49,044 nucleotides of DNA from a virus (lineage: Duplodnaviria; Caudoviricetes), in the IMG/VR virus record IMGVR_UViG_3300014656_000040, positions 1-49,044 of that record, one strand, 5' to 3'. Position numbers and translations under genes: made by a program. Each line of letters opens with the position of its first letter. The first letter of the stretch is position 1. The notes under the pieces were generated by a model, which ran no database searches, had not been told where the DNA came from, and saw nothing but the letters and a program-made list of their open reading frames with translations. Below are positions 45,622 to 49,044 of the stretch, one piece after another.

Positions 45622-45927
45622 TCACGGCGCACCACCCGCCGACTTCGCAGCAGCCGCAGCCAGTTCCAGCGCCTTCGCCATGTTCGCCTGCTGAAGCGCG
45701 GCCACGGACTGCGCCGCCTCCAGGTCGATCTCGGCCTTCCAGCGGAACTCAACATGTGTCCCGTCGGGCGCGGTGTACTCGCCGGTGATGTCCACCGGGC
45801 CGGCGAGCCAGCCGCGCTCGAGGTTCGCGTGGATCGCCCCGGTCTCCGGGTCGCGCTCGATGTCGATCGACGTGCCGGGTGACACGCAGCCGGATAGGGT
45901 CAGGAGTAGGATGAGAACAGCTTTCAT
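45622..45927 (-). CDS. Lipoprotein
   Basis: Signal peptide with lipobox MKAVLILLLTLSG|C. Confidence 0.7.
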   Translation of the reverse strand: MKAVLILLLTLSGCVSPGTSIDIERDPETGAIHANLERGWLAGPVDITGEYTAPDGTHVEFRWKAEIDLEAAQSVAALQQANMAKALELAAAAAKSAGGAP

Positions 45928-46118
45928 CAGAACCTCTTTTCAAGAACGGCTTTTGCTTCGCACCCCAAGAATAGACCAATTGCCCAGACCGACAGACGGA
46001 GAATGCGCATGGCGAACCAGATCCTGATTCTGGCCCTGCGCGTCACTGTCAGTGTCACCGTCATTGTATGATCGTCTGATAGTGGCCGAGTGAGATTGAT
46101 ATGCGGTGAACTAGCCAT
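45927..46118 (-). CDS. Small membrane-associated protein
   Basis: GGAGG RBS, one hydrophobic/basic segment. Confidence 0.5.
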   Translation of the reverse strand: MASSPHINLTRPLSDDHTMTVTLTVTRRARIRIWFAMRILRLSVWAIGLFLGCEAKAVLEKRF

Positions 46119-46434
46119 CTGGCTCCTCCATCTTCTCGGGTCTCGAGCACTCGTGGAAGCACGGCAGCTCGTCCACGTCGATGACCTCGCCGCACTGGCG
46201 ACATTGCCAGTCTGCCTGCTGAAGCGCGCCGTCCGTACGCGGCTCGATCAGCCGGATCGTACAGCAGTCCTCGAGATTCTCTTCGATGATGTGGATGATC
46301 ATTGGCATAGCTCCAAATTCAAGCACCCTTGAAAATGTCATGTCGTTTACGAGTAGGACACGACCATCTTTGACGGTGGTAACGCGCCACCCGTTCTCGA
46401 CTCCAGCGAGTGGACCCCATCCGCGTTTTGCCAT
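46111..46434 (-). CDS. Hypothetical zinc-binding protein
   Basis: Start ATG 46434 (GAGGTG RBS, TGATG overlap). CRQC...HEC. Confidence 0.55.
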   Translation of the reverse strand: MAKRGWGPLAGVENGWRVTTVKDGRVLLVNDMTFSRVLEFGAMPMIIHIIEENLEDCCTIRLIEPRTDGALQQADWQCRQCGEVIDVDELPCFHECSRPEKMEEPDG

Positions 46435-46805
46435 CAGTCCACCTCGTCCTCTCTCAGATTGTTCCACGCGAACATGCCGCCAACGCGAACGCCGAACCAA
46501 GCATACCAGCGTCGCCGTCCGCAGCCGAGTTCCTTCATGGCCCGGCGCATGATGCCGTCCGCGTCTTTCCTGGAAACCACGGTGTATCGGTAGAGCCAGT
46601 CGTGAAGCACGTAGGCGCGGCGCCCCTTGCCGTCACGCGGGACCAGCCACGTTGCCCACCACGGCACGCTACCGAGGTCAGTGGTGAATCCCGCAGGGAC
46701 GACGAACGTCTGAGTTGCGCCGACGTAGATGAGCGGCTCCGTGAGTTGCCACATGCTGTCGCAGTTCTCGACTTCTTGCGCCTTGAGCGGGCCGAGGAAT
46801 GTCAC
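46434..46805 (-). CDS. DUF1353 family protein
   Basis: VPAGFTTDLGSVP...AYVLHDWLY....SRKDAD....AM......VRVGG. GTG start. Confidence 0.85.
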   Translation of the reverse strand: MTFLGPLKAQEVENCDSMWQLTEPLIYVGATQTFVVPAGFTTDLGSVPWWATWLVPRDGKGRRAYVLHDWLYRYTVVSRKDADGIMRRAMKELGCGRRRWYAWFGVRVGGMFAWNNLREDEVD

Positions 46806-47005
46806 GGCTTCATTCTCGCAAATTTCAGCAGTACGATTCCTGCCGCAATCAACACGGCGACCGCAAGCCAGTACCGCCACCCATTCACGAACGCCTCCAT
46901 TTCAGTCTGGTGAAACGTGTGAAGTCGGTCGAGTACGACCAATATCATTGCCTCCCACAGAAGGATGATTCCAGACACGAGACAAGTCTTACCTAGGAAG
47001 GTCAC
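46802..47005 (-). CDS. Two-transmembrane holin-like protein
   Basis: GGAGG RBS, GTGA overlap, two hydrophobic helices and a basic tail. Confidence 0.55.
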   Translation of the reverse strand: MTFLGKTCLVSGIILLWEAMILVVLDRLHTFHQTEMEAFVNGWRYWLAVAVLIAAGIVLLKFARMKP

Positions 47006-48381
47006 GGCGAAGTCTCCTCCCGCATCGAGCAGGTTTCGTCCACGAATCCGACCAGCGGCGCGGCGAGATCCACGGTTGAAAATGAATCCGGCCCGGCCCC
47101 GAAATAGCCTTGGACCAGCGGCGCGAGTACGGATTCGGCGCGTGTGGTCTCGCCCCCTGTCATCTGCCGGTAGAGGATCAGCGGCGGGAGCAGCCACCAC
47201 GCGACGCCGGGACCGTGTGTCCAGACGCAGGAGACGTGCGTCGCCTGTGCGTAGCAGACCGAGCCATCGTACCGGACCCAGCCGCAGAGCATCTCGTTGA
47301 GCACGCCAGCGTAGTCCATCGCATCTTCCCGCAACGCTGGCACCAGCCGCGCCACGTTGAGAAGCCCGAACTCGAGCACCGCGACTTGCCACGGGAACTG
47401 GTAGTCGAGTTGCTCAGAGCGGAATGGATTCGATCCGTAATACCACGGAGACATGAGCAGGTGCCGCTCGCGGATGTTGGCGAGGTGCCACCGCATCAGC
47501 TCGAGCACACGCGCCCGTAGAGGCTCGTAGATCGGCATCTGAGGCAAGGCGTCGTAGAGCTGCGCCGAGCCCAGCAGCAGCCAGCCAGGCACGCGGATCG
47601 ACCCGCTGTAGGTCTGATCGTCCCGCATCTGCCACGAGCCGAAGTTGTCCGCGCTGAACGTCCAGAACGCGATCATCGACAGCAAAAACGCCGGGTCACC
47701 CGTCGCCTTGTAGCCGTAGTACAGCTCCTGGAAGTCCCAGTGCTGCGCGTCACCAGCGTTACACCCGAGTGCGTTCTCGTGCCACTCGCCGAACCAGTTG
47801 GTAAGCGGTGCCGGAATCCCGCCATCCCACCCGAGCGGCAGCCCGTACTCATCGAGGTTCCACCGTGGCCGTATGTCCTGGATGTGGAGGTAGCGATTGA
47901 AGTAGGAATGCACGAAGTTTGAGACCGGCCCACGCAGCGCCCAGATCCCCGGAGGGCAGAAGAAGTTCACGGTGCTACTGCCGGTGTAGCGGGTCACGGG
48001 AGCGTCCACGGTGCCGTTGTAAAGGGCTCGCGAGAACCAAGTGCTCCAGGGGTTTTCACCTTCCATGTCGGCGTATTGGCTCCACCCGATCCCAGACAGC
48101 GGAGACAGCAGAATCGGCGAGCCGTCCCGATTGATCTCCACCGGAGCGCCAGTCGTCGCCCGATTGTAGATCGACAGGTGCCGTAAGCCGCCGAGCACGC
48201 CGGAGTCCGGTCCGAACCATGCGTGGACCACCAGCGGCCCGTTGTCCTGCTGCCGGATCTCGAGGTGCCAGCCTGGATGCCCCGGCAGGTTCAGCACTCG
48301 CGGCGGCCCGAGCCCGTCGATCAGACGTACGCCGTTGGCGGTGATCTGCTGCGGGATTCCTTCGGTCGGTGGGATAGTCAT
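47002..48381 (-). CDS. Large aromatic-rich hypothetical protein, possible alpha/alpha-barrel carbohydrate-active fold
   Basis: 459 aa, AAGGAG RBS, DAQHW...YYGYKATGDP...RVPGW. Confidence 0.6.
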   Translation of the reverse strand: MTIPPTEGIPQQITANGVRLIDGLGPPRVLNLPGHPGWHLEIRQQDNGPLVVHAWFGPDSGVLGGLRHLSIYNRATTGAPVEINRDGSPILLSPLSGIGWSQYADMEGENPWSTWFSRALYNGTVDAPVTRYTGSSTVNFFCPPGIWALRGPVSNFVHSYFNRYLHIQDIRPRWNLDEYGLPLGWDGGIPAPLTNWFGEWHENALGCNAGDAQHWDFQELYYGYKATGDPAFLLSMIAFWTFSADNFGSWQMRDDQTYSGSIRVPGWLLLGSAQLYDALPQMPIYEPLRARVLELMRWHLANIRERHLLMSPWYYGSNPFRSEQLDYQFPWQVAVLEFGLLNVARLVPALREDAMDYAGVLNEMLCGWVRYDGSVCYAQATHVSCVWTHGPGVAWWLLPPLILYRQMTGGETTRAESVLAPLVQGYFGAGPDSFSTVDLAAPLVGFVDETCSMREETSP

Positions 48382-48842
48382 TCGGTCTGCTCCTTCGCGG
48401 CGATACGGTCGAGAGAACTCAGGAATTGCACCGGAGACTCCCCGTTAATCGTGATCCCATACCCGTCGCATTGATGGCAGTCCTCGCGCTCCCCTGGAAG
48501 TTCTGTAGTCTCCGGAGGTTCCAGCCCGCCCCCGCGACAGTGGGAACAGATGTAGGTTTCGGTCCATCCCTCCACCGCCCGCTCCAGACACGCGAGGAGC
48601 TTCGGCATGTCGTTGTGAGCCTGGGCGATGAACTCAGCGTCATCCTTTGCCGTCCCGATTGACTCGGAGGCGTGGATATGATCGGTCGTGACATTCCAAT
48701 CATCATCAGATTCCGAGTCGTATCCGAGGGTGCACACTAACCAGTCTTCGCCGGTGTACTTTCCTTGCTGGGTCTTCCACTGGCGGTCTGTATTGCCGTG
48801 TGCCTTGCGGTTCCGCTCGATCAGGTCGTTGATGGCAGTCAT
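48378..48842 (-). CDS. Ead/Ea22-like protein with DnaJ-type zinc finger
   Basis: DAEFIAQAHNDMPKLL, CSHCRGGG...CHQCDGYG. Start ATG 48842. Confidence 0.65.
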   Translation of the reverse strand: MTAINDLIERNRKAHGNTDRQWKTQQGKYTGEDWLVCTLGYDSESDDDWNVTTDHIHASESIGTAKDDAEFIAQAHNDMPKLLACLERAVEGWTETYICSHCRGGGLEPPETTELPGEREDCHQCDGYGITINGESPVQFLSSLDRIAAKEQTE

Positions 48843-49044
48843 TAGTGTCCGCTCCCAGTCACAGGGATCGGCTTGTCTCCAGTCGCCGACAGCGGCTTGA
48901 GTGTCGGCACCTGACCGGGCGGGTCGCCCTTGGGCTGTCGGCACTCGTGGATCTGCTGCCACGCTGGCATGATGACCAGCCCGCCGTCGAGGCCCAGCAG
49001 CGGGATCGGGATGGGCAGCGCCGACACGCGGGAGCCCGGCGTCA
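48842..49044 (-). CDS. Hypothetical Pro-rich protein at the right end
   Basis: The frame is open to the window end and has a TAATG overlap with the next gene. Confidence 0.4.
   Translation of the reverse strand, partial: TPGSRVSALPIPIPLLGLDGGLVIMPAWQQIHECRQPKGDPPGQVPTLKPLSATGDKPIPVTGSGH

Overview
A GC-rich tailed dsDNA phage (siphovirus-type) genome, probably close to complete. Minus-strand early and recombination genes occupy 1-13.2 kb and 45.2-49 kb: small early ORFs, RusA, an SMC/AAA ATPase, a MazG-like protein, an SNF2-helicase/DNA-methylase fusion, RecT-like and YqaJ-like proteins. Plus-strand replication and morphogenesis genes occupy 13.4-45.2 kb: an initiator with internal iterons, a ParB-methylase, four accessory virion genes, terminase, portal, an intein-split head morphogenesis protein, scaffold, major capsid, neck, tail tube, a frameshifted chaperone, tape measure, a GTA-type DUF2460/DUF2163/megatron tail tip and three DUF2793-like paralogs. 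I recognised no integrase or endolysin. The main find is at 5.29-6.72 kb: a solo Cas7/RAMP-like gene and an accessory gene, bracketed by two non-coding arrays of strict 5-nt period (constant HAC plus variable NN; 16 and 23 units). Each array has the same structured leader (GNRA-capped, covarying stem) and a 3' hairpin, which suggests a non-CRISPR RNA-guided system. Second, the intein in the head morphogenesis gene carries an HTH + Vsr/DUF559-like endonuclease ORF on the ANTISENSE strand. All family assignments come from motif recognition by eye, not from database searches.
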